64,000 nt of DNA from an uncultured Clostridia bacterium. GTDB taxonomy: Bacteria > Bacillota > Clostridia > TANB77 > CAG-465. The translations under genes were made by a program, and so were the position numbers. Every line of letters starts with the position of its first letter. Position 1 is the stretch's first letter. The DNA is taken from positions 29,258 through 93,257 of the forward strand of contig CAKPAG010000001.1 in assembly GCA_934132895.1 (NCBI GenBank), read 5' to 3'. This document shows, one piece after another, positions 29,103-38,920 of this stretch. The notes below the pieces were generated by a model. That model was not told the origin of the DNA. It did not search any database and saw only the letters and a program-made list of their open reading frames with translations.

Positions 29103-29678
29103 TTGTTAAATATAATATCGTGTATACTTTTTAGTATATCTGCTAATTTTGATAATATTATTATTGGTATGTCATTTGGCTCAAAAAATATACATATTCC
29201 AATAATCAAGAATATTATCATTTCAGTATTTACTACCATAATCACTATACTTTCAATGAAATTTGGTGAAATATTATTTATACTTTTTACTCCAAGAATT
29301 GTTAATTTGTTAGGTTCTATTTCTTTAATAGCTATTGGAATTATTGGTATTTTAAAAATATTATATAATAAATACTTAAATAAGAATAATGAAAATGATG
29401 ATAATAGAAAAATACCTTTAAAAGCTCTTAATATAAAAGAACTGATAACAATTATTTTCACTTTATCTTTAAATAATGTAGCTACAGGTATTGCTGCAAG
29501 TGCAGCTGGAATTAATATACTATTTTCTTTTATTTCTACACTTGTGACAAGCTTTTTATTTATATATATAGGAAATAATTTAGGAAAAAATGTTATAAAT
29601 AATTATTTGAAAAAAAATTCTGAATTTATTGGTTCTATTTTACTAATAATTTTAGGAATTATAGAATGGATATTTTAA
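29103..29678 (+). CDS. ytaF: sporulation membrane protein YtaF (MntP-like)
   Basis: SANFDNIIIGMSFG and LSLNNVATGIAAS repeats. A TTG start 8 nt after GGAAGGAG is preferred to the track ATG at 29085. Confidence 0.78.
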   Translation: MLNIISCILFSISANFDNIIIGMSFGSKNIHIPIIKNIIISVFTTIITILSMKFGEILFILFTPRIVNLLGSISLIAIGIIGILKILYNKYLNKNNENDDNRKIPLKALNIKELITIIFTLSLNNVATGIAASAAGINILFSFISTLVTSFLFIYIGNNLGKNVINNYLKKNSEFIGSILLIILGIIEWIF

Positions 29679-29682
29679 ATAA

Positions 29683-29719
29683 AAAAGATATAGCTTACAA
29701 TCAAAACTATATCTTTTTT
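29683..29719. terminator. bidirectional hairpin terminator
   Basis: AAAAAGATATAG / CTATATCTTTTT 12-bp stem between convergent ytaF and spoIIID. Confidence 0.55.
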
Positions 29720-29723
29720 CTAA

Positions 29724-30002
29724 TTATTTTTTATTTAAATTTTCTCTTAAACATCTTTCTTTATTTTTCATTCCGCCATGTTTGCTTCTTTCACGCTTAT
29801 TTTTATCAAGTACCTTTCTTACTTTTAAATATAGAGGATAATCAATTTGAGGTAAAATAATCACTAACCGATTATACATTGTTGATTTTGAAACTTTTTC
29901 TGCATTCGCCAGTTCTCTAACTGTTAAGTTCCATACTACAAAACTATTTGCCTCTCTTATAATCATCGCCCTTTCATCTGTTCCTAAGTCATTATAATTC
30001 AT
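29724..30002 (-). CDS. spoIIID: stage III sporulation transcription regulator SpoIIID
   Basis: 92 aa with an HTH ...VRELANAEKVSKSTMYN... and KHGG tail. It contains an in-frame CGG (29868-29870) read in the 0 frame. Confidence 0.85.
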   Translation of the reverse strand: MNYNDLGTDERAMIIREANSFVVWNLTVRELANAEKVSKSTMYNRLVIILPQIDYPLYLKVRKVLDKNKRERSKHGGMKNKERCLRENLNKK

Positions 30003-30147
30003 AATAAATCTCCTTCTAATTAATTAATTTGAATAGTAAAACCATACATACTAGTATTATATCATTTAAGTCAAGTCCTGCCATTTTAAAATCAAAAAAG
30101 CATAGATAATCTTTAATCTACGCTTTAAAATACTATACTATACTATA

Positions 30148-30459
30148 TTATTTATTTGCATCTACAAATATTTTCTCATAAGGTTTTACATAACCTAATG
30201 TATCTCTTGCAACATCTTCTATATACTCAGTACTCTCTATATTATTTTTTTGTTCATTATAATAAGTTGTTAATTTATTTTTATTCTCTATATCAGCTTT
30301 ATATGTTTCAATTTTAGAATTGTAGCTATTTATTTGTACTTGTTGATCATAAACAGTATATACAAAATATACAAAAAATATAAAAACTACAACTTTAAAT
30401 ATACTTATTTTCTTTCTTCTCTTTGGTTTACTATTTTCAGCATTAACTGCTTTTCTCAT
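30148..30459 (-). CDS. divIC: septum formation initiator (DivIC/FtsB family)
   Basis: 103 aa with a basic N-terminus, one TM helix and a coiled coil. Conserved position after yabQ. Confidence 0.7.
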   Translation of the reverse strand: MRKAVNAENSKPKRRKKISIFKVVVFIFFVYFVYTVYDQQVQINSYNSKIETYKADIENKNKLTTYYNEQKNNIESTEYIEDVARDTLGYVKPYEKIFVDANK

Positions 30460-30952
30460 AATTTATACCTTCTTTTGTTTTCTTAACTTTTAAGCTAATT
30501 TTAGTGATTTTTAGCTTATCTATAATAAATGTTAACATATTAAAAAACTTTTTGCAACATTTTTTTACGAATTTTTTTAATATTATACAATTTTTTAGTA
30601 TAATATACAAAATTAGATTTAAAGGTAGTAGAAAAAAGTCAATAATTTCTTTTGATGTCTTAAAAAGAAACTTATATACTTTTTGGCTATATTTACTAAA
30701 AAAAGTAAAATGTAAGGCTGAGCCTAAAATAATAGCTATAAAAATATACAACCTAATACTTGAATCTAATATGTTTATTATTCCCCATAATATTATAAAT
30801 GTCGAAACAAAAAAATATATTATATCTTGAACAATTACTTTCATACTAGACACTCTTTTTAAACTTCTATATGTTCTAAAAAAGTCGAAAATTATAGCTA
30901 TTATTATTCCAATAATGAAAAAGCCGAACAAAATCTGAGACTTGAGTTGCAA
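30443..30952 (-). CDS. yabQ: spore cortex biosynthesis protein YabQ
   Basis: 169-aa polytopic membrane protein with FDFFRTYRSL, immediately after yabP. Confidence 0.7.
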   Translation of the reverse strand: MQLKSQILFGFFIIGIIIAIIFDFFRTYRSLKRVSSMKVIVQDIIYFFVSTFIILWGIINILDSSIRLYIFIAIILGSALHFTFFSKYSQKVYKFLFKTSKEIIDFFLLPLNLILYIILKNCIILKKFVKKCCKKFFNMLTFIIDKLKITKISLKVKKTKEGINYEKSS

Positions 30953-30973
30953 TAAGCATAATTCTTCCTCTTT

Positions 30974-31276
30974 CTATTTAAATAATTTATTCATAAAACC
31001 AGATTTTTTTGCTTGATTTGCATCACTGTATGCTACTGCCATAATTTGTCCTTCAATTACAAGTTCATTATTTTCTAAATTTAGCTTATTCATTTTTAAA
31101 TCATCGCCCTTAATTGTAAGTATACCTAAATCAGTTTGTGCAAGTACCAATTCATCATCAAAACTATGTATATCTATAACTCCTGTTACAGATATTTTCT
31201 CCCTGTTCTCCATGATAATGTTTTGGTTTGTTATTATTTTAGATAATTTTTTATCTTCCATCTTATCACCTCTCAT
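30974..31276 (-). CDS. yabP: sporulation protein YabP
   Basis: ISVTGVIDIHSFDDELVLAQTDLGILTIKGDDLKMNKLNLE. The alternative start is ATG 31261. Confidence 0.85.
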   Translation of the reverse strand: MRGDKMEDKKLSKIITNQNIIMENREKISVTGVIDIHSFDDELVLAQTDLGILTIKGDDLKMNKLNLENNELVIEGQIMAVAYSDANQAKKSGFMNKLFK

Positions 31277-31334
31277 ATTTATTTATCATATATACTATAT
31301 ATTAATATATATTCACATACCTTGAATTTTATTA

Positions 31335-31375
31335 CAAAAAAGGCAATTAGATTTGTTTTTCTAATCACCTTTTTT
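31335..31375 (-). terminator. probable terminator after prkC
   Basis: AAAAAGGTGATTAG / CTAATTGCCTTTTT imperfect stem followed by a T run on the minus strand. Confidence 0.45.
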
Positions 31376-31380
31376 CATTA

Positions 31381-33453
31381 TTAAAATTCTATTTTTTGTT
31401 CTTTTGCAAGTTTATCATTAAGATAAATCTTTAAAACAGCATTGTTATATCCGTTAATTGTAAAGCTAGTAGATTTTTCAGATGGATCAAATGATTTTTC
31501 AAATACAGTATTTGTTGCACTAGAATCTATACTTGCAGTTACCTTTACTGTTATTTTATCTGCTGAAACTGGAGTTCCTCCTTGTAATTCTAACAAATCA
31601 ATTGATACTGTCTTACTAATCATTAATTTATTTACAGTTATATCAACCATATCTCCTTCTTTTAATTCTTGATTTTGAGGATAACTTTGTGATAATACTA
31701 CACCGTTTGTTTTAGAATTATCATCAGAATATTTAACATTTACTTTTAGTTTTAATTTTTCAAGCTCAGATTTTGCGTCAGCTTCAGTTTTTCCGACTAC
31801 ATTTGGCATTAGTACTGACTCTTTTCCATCACCTTTACTTACTACAAGTTTTATTGTACTACCATATGGTTTTTGTTCTTTTTTAGGATCTTGTGAGATT
31901 ATTATTCCAGCAGTAACTTTTTCGTTTATAACTTCCTCTGTTTCAACTACAAAGCCTAATGTATCTTGAAGTTCATATTTTGCTACTTTTATATCTTTTC
32001 CTGTAACATCTGGAACATCGACTAATTTTTCACCTTTGCTTACTACTACATATATTTTCTTATCTTTTGTTTTACTTCCTTTTTCAGGAGTTTGTGAAAT
32101 AATATGTCCTTCTGGTTGGTCGGAACTATATTCTGATTTATCTTGAATAACCTGTATTCCTTGTTTTGAGTACTCTTCAACCACTTCGTTAAAATCACGT
32201 CCAACTACATTTGGTACTTCAACTTCAACATTTGCTGCTTCTTGAGCCTTAACTTTCTTAGCTATTTTTATTCCAAAAAATATTCCAAAACCAATTACTA
32301 TTACAGCTATTATACTGCAAATTATAATTATCTTTTTCTTGTTTTTTCCTTTATTTTCTTTTTCTGAACTATCATTTTCCCCACTATTTCCCTTTTTGTA
32401 ATCATATTCTGTATCTTCTTCAATAGCTTCATTTCTTTTTCTTGGAGTTGAAGTTTGAGACGTTTTTGAATAGTTAGAGTAATTTGAATTATTTGCATTT
32501 CTTGTTCTTAAATTTGGCACTAAGTTATTTTCCTCTTCATCTTCAACGTGAATTATTGGTATAACTTGTGTTTCTCCTGCTTCTACTGATGCTACCTTAC
32601 TTGGTATCAATGAATTTGGTCTTGCAAGAGCAATAGATATATCATTTAAAAGTTCTGTTGCACTTTGATATCTTAAAGCTGTACTTTTTTCCATAGCTTT
32701 CATTATTATTTGATTTAACGCAACGCTTACTTTTGGATTTAAAACTATTGGTTCTACAGGAGTTTCTTGAATATGCTTTAAAGCAACTGATACAGGTGAA
32801 TCTGCATCAAATGGTAGTTTACCTGTAGCCATTTCATACATTACAACACCTAATGAATAAATATCTGATTTTTCATCAGTATATCCACCTTTAGCATGTT
32901 CTGGTGAAAAATAATGTACTGAACCCATAGTACTTCCAAAACTTGTTATTGTAGAACTAGGAACATTTGTTATCTTGGCAATTCCAAAATCTGTTACCTT
33001 AGCTACCATATTTTTATTTAGTACTATATTTTGAGGTTTTATATCTCTATGAATTATATGTGATTTATGTGCAGCTTGCAAAGCTGAAGCTATTTGAGCT
33101 GCAATCTTTAATGTTAATTCACTATCTAAAGCACCATGTTCATTAATATAGTCTTTTAAAGTTTTGCTTTCTAAAAGCTCCATTACTATATAATTTATAC
33201 CATTTTCTTCCCCTACATCATATACAGATACAATATTTGGATGTGTAAGTGCAGCTGCTGATTGAGCTTCTGCTCTAAATCTTTTAACAAAGGTTTCATC
33301 TTTGGCATATTCGCTTTTTAACACCTTAATAGCTACATACCTATTTAAAAGCTTACATCTTGCTTCATAAACTGTAGCCATGCCACCTTCACCAATTTTT
33401 TCTAGTATCTGGTACCTAGAGCCTAATTCTTTTCCTATTAAATTGTCCTCCAT
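31381..33453 (-). CDS. prkC: PASTA-domain Ser/Thr protein kinase
   Basis: 690 aa with a Hanks kinase (HRDIKPQN, DFG), a TM helix, and three PASTA-like repeats plus a C-terminal domain. Confidence 0.92.
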   Translation of the reverse strand: MEDNLIGKELGSRYQILEKIGEGGMATVYEARCKLLNRYVAIKVLKSEYAKDETFVKRFRAEAQSAAALTHPNIVSVYDVGEENGINYIVMELLESKTLKDYINEHGALDSELTLKIAAQIASALQAAHKSHIIHRDIKPQNIVLNKNMVAKVTDFGIAKITNVPSSTITSFGSTMGSVHYFSPEHAKGGYTDEKSDIYSLGVVMYEMATGKLPFDADSPVSVALKHIQETPVEPIVLNPKVSVALNQIIMKAMEKSTALRYQSATELLNDISIALARPNSLIPSKVASVEAGETQVIPIIHVEDEEENNLVPNLRTRNANNSNYSNYSKTSQTSTPRKRNEAIEEDTEYDYKKGNSGENDSSEKENKGKNKKKIIIICSIIAVIVIGFGIFFGIKIAKKVKAQEAANVEVEVPNVVGRDFNEVVEEYSKQGIQVIQDKSEYSSDQPEGHIISQTPEKGSKTKDKKIYVVVSKGEKLVDVPDVTGKDIKVAKYELQDTLGFVVETEEVINEKVTAGIIISQDPKKEQKPYGSTIKLVVSKGDGKESVLMPNVVGKTEADAKSELEKLKLKVNVKYSDDNSKTNGVVLSQSYPQNQELKEGDMVDITVNKLMISKTVSIDLLELQGGTPVSADKITVKVTASIDSSATNTVFEKSFDPSEKSTSFTINGYNNAVLKIYLNDKLAKEQKIEF

Positions 33454-33458
33454 ACTCT

Positions 33459-34202
33459 TTACTTCCCTTCTTTAACTAATATTAAAGTTATATTATCAAC
33501 GCCACCATTTGCATTTGCATTTTCAATCAAAACAGTAGCTACATTTTCAAATTTATTGTTTTTTGCTATTTCTAGAATTTTATTATCTTCTACCATATTT
33601 GTAAGTCCATCAGAACACAAAAGTAAATATCCAAAAGGCATATCTAGTTTATATACTTTAACCTCTAAATCTCTCATTATTCCAACAGCCTTTGTAAGGA
33701 CATGTTTTTGAGGATGATTTTTGGCCTGTTCTAAATTTATGACTTTAGTTCTCAATAATTCATTTACATATGTATCATCTTCTGTTATTTGTTTTATGTA
33801 TTTAAAATCTTTTGGAATATAATAAAGTCTTGTATCTCCTACAGAAGTATAATATACATTTTCCATTACTTTTAAAACTGCTACAACAGTTGTCCCCATT
33901 CCTTCATATTTTGCATCAGTTTTTTCTAAATTATATATTTTTTCGTTTGCATTAAGAACTGCATTTTCTAATATTTTTTCTATATCTTCTTCTGATTTTA
34001 CTAATATATCATTTAAATTTTTTTCAATGTTTGAAGAAATAACTTCTGTTAGTAATTTACTTGCTACTTCACCACTTAAATATCCACCTAAGCCATCAGC
34101 AACAATAAAAAGAGAGACATCTTCACTAAACTTCTTTACTATAAAGCTATCTTCGTTATTAGTTCTTCTTTTTCCTATATCAGACTTTGCTATAACTTCC
34201 AT
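33459..34202 (-). CDS. prpC: PP2C-family Ser/Thr phosphatase
   Basis: 247 aa with NEDSF, ADGLGG and DGLT motifs. Confidence 0.9.
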   Translation of the reverse strand: MEVIAKSDIGKRRTNNEDSFIVKKFSEDVSLFIVADGLGGYLSGEVASKLLTEVISSNIEKNLNDILVKSEEDIEKILENAVLNANEKIYNLEKTDAKYEGMGTTVVAVLKVMENVYYTSVGDTRLYYIPKDFKYIKQITEDDTYVNELLRTKVINLEQAKNHPQKHVLTKAVGIMRDLEVKVYKLDMPFGYLLLCSDGLTNMVEDNKILEIAKNNKFENVATVLIENANANGGVDNITLILVKEGK

Positions 34203-34315
34203 TTATTCACCTCGAATATTTTCACACTATATATTATATCAAAACAGAAATATATTTCAATAGTTTTTATTACATTTCTATACAAGTTTTCTAATATTTA
34301 ATTGTATGAATTGGG

Positions 34316-34344
34316 TTGACATAATTTTAAAAACATGATATACT
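34316..34344 (+). promoter_or_regulatory. sigma-A type promoter
   Basis: TTGACA, 17 nt spacer, TATACT, about 55 nt upstream of ATG 34399. Confidence 0.5.
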
Positions 34345-34398
34345 ATTATTAGATTTTATATCTATTTAAAAATTTCTTAAATTAAAGGAGTAAAAAAA

Positions 34399-34656
34399 AT
34401 GACTAATGTAAAAAAATTCAAACTATTCTGTTTTGAGGCGATTGACAAAAATGATTTTGATGATTTTTCAGAACCAATAATTGATATTTTTGAAGCTAGC
34501 AGGCTCATTAATAAAAATTATGAACTTTATGCTTATGGTAAAGTTGATGAGAACACTCAAACTACAAGGACAAGTAAAGTTAAAGAAATCATTTTTAAAT
34601 CCAATGAAATTCATATTATAACCCAAAACTCGGATTACCTTTTAAGCCAAATGTAA
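34399..34656 (+). CDS. hypothetical small protein (85 aa)
   Basis: AAAGGAG RBS, its own promoter and terminator. No motif recognised. Confidence 0.5.
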   Translation: MTNVKKFKLFCFEAIDKNDFDDFSEPIIDIFEASRLINKNYELYAYGKVDENTQTTRTSKVKEIIFKSNEIHIITQNSDYLLSQM

Positions 34657-34674
34657 TTCGAGTATAAAAGCACA

Positions 34675-34719
34675 AAAAATCATTGAATATTGTATATTTA
34701 CATTTTCAATGATTTTTTC
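34675..34719. terminator. bidirectional hairpin terminator
   Basis: AAAAAATCATTGAA / TTCAATGATTTTTT 14-bp stem. Confidence 0.6.
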
Positions 34720-34725
34720 TATTCA

Positions 34726-35806
34726 TTATTTATTGCTATTATTTTCAATATACTTTTTTCTAAGTTGTCCACACGCAGCATCTATATCAGAGCCTAATTC
34801 GCGTCTTACGGTAGTTACAATTCCACAGCTATTTAAAGTATTCATAAAGTTTTCTACTGATTTTTCAGTTGCCTTTTTATATGCACCATTTTTTATTTCA
34901 TTTACTGGTATTAAATTAACATGTGCTATCATTCCACGCAATAATTTAACAAGTGCTAGGGCATCTTCTTTACTATCATTTTTACCATAAATTAGAGCAT
35001 ATTCAAAGCTTATTCTTCTTCCTGTTATCTTGATATACTCTCTACAAGCATCAAGTAATTCTTGAATAGTATACCTATTTGCAATAGGCATTATCTCTCT
35101 TCTTTTCTCATCAGTAGTTGCATGCAAAGATATAGAAAGAGTACACTGAATATTTTCTTTTGCTAACCTATATATATTTGGTACCAAACCGCATGTTGAT
35201 AAGCTTATATGTCTTGCACCAATTCCGTAGTCCTAATGGATCGTTTATAAGGCGAATAGAGCGAACCACATTATCATAGTTATCTAGAGGCTCACCAATA
35301 CCCATATATACAACATTTGAAATCTTTTCTTTAGTATATCTTTCAACTGTTAAAATCTGACCTTCAATTTCTGAAGCTAACAAATGTCTTTCAAATCCTT
35401 CTTTTGTGGAAGCACAAAATTTACATCCCATTTTACATCCGACCTGAGTTGATACACATAAAGTATTTCCATGATGATATCTCATAAATACAGATTCTAT
35501 TGCAGCGTTATCATTTAAAAGTATAAGAAACTTCATAGTCCCGTCTTTCTTTGATTTTTGACACTGTAATACCTCAAGTCTAGTTATATATGTATTTTCC
35601 TTTAATTTTTCTCTTAAGGATTTAGAAATGTCGGTCATTTCATCAAAATCAGTAACGCCTACTCTATGTAGCCATTTATATATCTGAGTTGCATGAAATT
35701 TTTTTTCACCCAATTCTTTTTCTATGTAGTTTTGTAACTCTTCTAAAGTTAATTCATTAATATTTATTTTTTTATTTTTTATTTCTTCTTTCATTCTCTT
35801 CTCCAT
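34726..35806 (-). CDS. rlmN: 23S rRNA/tRNA (adenine-C2)-methyltransferase RlmN, full length only with a +1 shift at an in-frame CGG
   Basis: ORFs 35168..35806 and 34726..35187 are two halves of one gene. It has a radical [11 protein letters not shown] motif. The junction reads ...INDPLGL then, in +1, [22 protein letters not shown]. The corrected length is 359 aa. Confidence 0.85.
35225..35227 (-). other. in-frame CGG shift site (GGA CTA CGG AAT; +1 GGA ATT GGT)
   Basis: The 0 frame ends after 12 unrelated codons. The +1 frame carries the conserved RlmN C-terminal half. Confidence 0.75.
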
Positions 35807-35905
35807 TTTATAATCCTAATATATATTTTACTATATTTTTTTTATGTTTTCAAGTATAGAAAAAAACTTTGAAATCAAATTAATGATAACAAAGTTTTTT
35901 CATTA

Positions 35906-36184
35906 TTAGTTGCTTTTACTATTGTACACTTTATATTTTTTATTTTTATTATATATATCCTTTACTAAAAATATATATGTTAATATATATAGCAAATATC
36001 TAATATTAAATCCATTAAAAGAAGCGAAGATATAAAAGATAATTGCACCTATACTTCCAAAAATATTAAAAGTAACTAATACTATTTTATTTGGCCGAAT
36101 TTCTTTTTTATACGAGCTTTCGATTGCCATTTTTAAAGCTTGATACACAATAAAAACAACACAAAGAATTACACTCATAACCAT
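35906..36184 (-). CDS. small membrane protein (92 aa)
   Basis: Three predicted TM helices. It contains an in-frame CGG (36095-36097) read in the 0 frame. Confidence 0.5.
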   Translation of the reverse strand: MVMSVILCVVFIVYQALKMAIESSYKKEIRPNKIVLVTFNIFGSIGAIIFYIFASFNGFNIRYLLYILTYIFLVKDIYNKNKKYKVYNSKSN

Positions 36185-36209
36185 ATTAAATTTACCTCCT
36201 TAAGTCACT

Positions 36210-36881
36210 TTACATTCCTATTACCTGTATTTTTTTTACTCCAAGCTTTTCCGCCATATCTTTTATATTTGTTCCACCTTTTCCTATAATTTTTCCAACA
36301 AGATTTTTAGGTACATTAACTGTAAGTATCTTGTTATTATCATCTTGTTTAAGACCTACAATATATTCCCCATATTCATACACAAATAGTTTTTTAAATT
36401 CATTGCAATGAAAAAATATCTGTTCAAGATATGGGTAATTACTATGCAAAAGATACGCAATACCATTTCCCTTTTCTATAGCTTTGTATAACTTAGAAAT
36501 TTCTTCTTTGTGCTGAAATCTAAAAAGTTCATCTTCCATGGTATAATACATATCACGCGCCTTTTTTTTGGTTTCTTCGGTAGGAAGTTTAAGCGTTGTT
36601 CTTTTTTTAGTTATTGTTAATTTATCAAAAACTTTAACTAAAACAGGAAGTTCATATTCTGTGTACTCTTCTTTAGACTTATCAAAAATCAAAAAAGCAT
36701 CTCCATAAGCCTTGTATCCGAAGTTGGGAATATTTAAGTTTTTTGTTACTTGAGTAAGAGTTTCCAAGTTAACTCTTAAAAATCCCGTGTCATTTAAGTC
36801 GGCTCTCCACTCAAATTTTCCATCCTCATTAATACAGCCATACTCATACTCTCCATATTGGAATAAAGCTACATATTTCAT
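36210..36881 (-). CDS. KH-domain protein with an unknown N-terminal domain
   Basis: C-terminal VNVPKNLVGKIIGKGGTNIKDMAEKLGV (GXXG KH motif). The start is at MKYVALF, after AAGGAGAAG. Confidence 0.65.
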   Translation of the reverse strand: MKYVALFQYGEYEYGCINEDGKFEWRADLNDTGFLRVNLETLTQVTKNLNIPNFGYKAYGDAFLIFDKSKEEYTEYELPVLVKVFDKLTITKKRTTLKLPTEETKKKARDMYYTMEDELFRFQHKEEISKLYKAIEKGNGIAYLLHSNYPYLEQIFFHCNEFKKLFVYEYGEYIVGLKQDDNNKILTVNVPKNLVGKIIGKGGTNIKDMAEKLGVKKIQVIGM

Positions 36882-37005
36882 TTTTTTCTTCTCCTTTAAA
36901 ATTATTTTAGAATTAAAATACAATCTATTAATATTATACCAAATCCAGAAGGAAAAGTCAATTTTTATGTAATCTTTTTTGTACCTTATTTTAATATTGT
37001 GTATA

Positions 37006-37953
37006 TTATACGAACTTAAAACCTACATCTATTTTACTACCTGCAAGAAATGCTTTAACTTCCATTTTTTTACTGTTTTGTGGTTTTATTTCAAGAATTG
37101 ATACACTGCCATCTTTGCATTTAATCTTTAAAGAATTCTTTGTTCTTTCTACTACCTCACCATTTTCTCCTTGCAATAACTGGTCACATGTATAACTTAC
37201 TTTATATACCTTATATATTTTTCCGTCTACATCTTCCATATACGCACCAGGAAAAGGTGACATTCCTCTAATCATATTAAATATTTCTTTTGAAGACTTA
37301 TTAAAATCTATTTTTGTCATTTCTTTAGATATCATAGGTGCAATAGTGCCTTCAACTGGTTGCTTTATTCTTTTTAAATCTTCCATTTGCAAGCTATTTA
37401 TTGTTTTTACTAAAAGATTTGCTCCTACTTCTTTCATTTTATCATGAAGCGTTTCAAAGTTATCTTCTTCTGTTATCTCCACCTCTTCTTTTAAAAGCAT
37501 ATCTCCTGTATCCATTCCCTCATCCATAAACATAGTGGTAATTCCAGTTTTTTTATCGCCATTTATTAACGACCATTGCATTGGAGCAGCTCCTCTATAT
37601 TCAGGAAGCAATGAGCCATGAACATTAATACATCCTAACTTTGGAATTTCTAATATTTCTTTTGGAAGTATTTTACCATAAGCTACAACTACAATTAAAT
37701 CAGGTTCCAATTCTTTTAAAGTATCTATCACCTCTTCATTTTTTCTTAATTTTGCAGGTTGAAATACTTTAATATTATTTTCTAAAGCAACTTCTTTAAC
37801 TTCAGAATATTTTAATTTCATTCCCCTTCCTGATGGCTTATCTGGATTAGTAAAACAAGCAATTACATTAAACTTTTCTTCAATTAATTTCTTTAGTGAA
37901 GCAGCTGCAAAATCAGGTGTTCCCATAAATACAATTTTTAAATCTTCTTTCAT
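37006..37953 (-). CDS. fmt: methionyl-tRNA formyltransferase
   Basis: 315 aa with the HGSLLPEYRGAAP motif. Confidence 0.93.
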   Translation of the reverse strand: MKEDLKIVFMGTPDFAAASLKKLIEEKFNVIACFTNPDKPSGRGMKLKYSEVKEVALENNIKVFQPAKLRKNEEVIDTLKELEPDLIVVVAYGKILPKEILEIPKLGCINVHGSLLPEYRGAAPMQWSLINGDKKTGITTMFMDEGMDTGDMLLKEEVEITEEDNFETLHDKMKEVGANLLVKTINSLQMEDLKRIKQPVEGTIAPMISKEMTKIDFNKSSKEIFNMIRGMSPFPGAYMEDVDGKIYKVYKVSYTCDQLLQGENGEVVERTKNSLKIKCKDGSVSILEIKPQNSKKMEVKAFLAGSKIDVGFKFV

Positions 37954-38034
37954 AATTTTATACCTCCATATTAGCTAATAATAAAAGACATAAATTATGT
38001 GTTTTTATGCCTTCTATTATAACTTATTATTATA

Positions 38035-38919
38035 TTATTTTTTTATTTCAACTTTATTATACTCTAATTTTTGTTCATCATTTATCTTAAATATAGTTTC
38101 AACAGTTCCTTCATTTTTATTCATTTGTTTTTTATTATCATTTAAGTATAATATATTTTGCACTCCTACAAGCTCTAGTCTATTATCTCCATCTATATCC
38201 TCTAATTTAAATGAACAAAACTTATTAGCAAGATATGTTGCTCTATAATTATCTTTGTTTATAGCCTTATCTTCAAATTCTAACTCAGTTACATCAGCTA
38301 CTTCATTTAAATATGATCTAGCATAATTATCTAACTTTACTTTTATTTTTGAAGTATTTTCCTCATCAAATGTTACATTTATAGTATATCCATTAAAATC
38401 TGCCTGTATTGAATCTTTTACTATATTTTTTAATTCATTATCCTTTAGTACTAGAAGAATAACATTTCCACTATTTTCATCGCTAGCAAAAATATATTTA
38501 TTTTTTTCATCTTCTTTTATTTCAAATTTCACTTCTTTATAAAAAGACATTTCTGTTGCATATTTTTTAGGTTCTTTTGTATTACCATCAATATATACAA
38601 CTTCTACATCTTTATATAATTCAATATTTGAATCTGAATCTTTAAATAAATTTTTCTCTTCATCATGATATTTTTTTATTCCAGTTATTCCCACATAATC
38701 TTCTGCTCCATCAGCATTTAGATCATATTTTTTAATTGAAATAACAACTCTTTTTTCATCTAAAGGAAGTTTGTCTTTTATTTCCTCATAAAACTTATTT
38801 GTTTTTCCTTTTTCTGAAGTTTCATATAATTCTTTAAAATACATAACAGTTGCAATTATTCCTAGAATAACAACTACTAAAATGGTAAGTAATATTTTCT
38901 TTTTTAAACTTATCTTCAT
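38035..38919 (-). CDS. membrane-anchored hypothetical protein with DxDGD-type loops
   Basis: N-terminal TM helix, with LNADGAEDYVG and EDIDGDNRLELVG resembling FG-GAP-type calcium loops. ATG 38919 follows an AGAGGA RBS just after the def stop. Confidence 0.55.
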   Translation of the reverse strand: MKISLKKKILLTILVVVILGIIATVMYFKELYETSEKGKTNKFYEEIKDKLPLDEKRVVISIKKYDLNADGAEDYVGITGIKKYHDEEKNLFKDSDSNIELYKDVEVVYIDGNTKEPKKYATEMSFYKEVKFEIKEDEKNKYIFASDENSGNVILLVLKDNELKNIVKDSIQADFNGYTINVTFDEENTSKIKVKLDNYARSYLNEVADVTELEFEDKAINKDNYRATYLANKFCSFKLEDIDGDNRLELVGVQNILYLNDNKKQMNKNEGTVETIFKINDEQKLEYNKVEIKK

Positions 38920-38920
38920 T

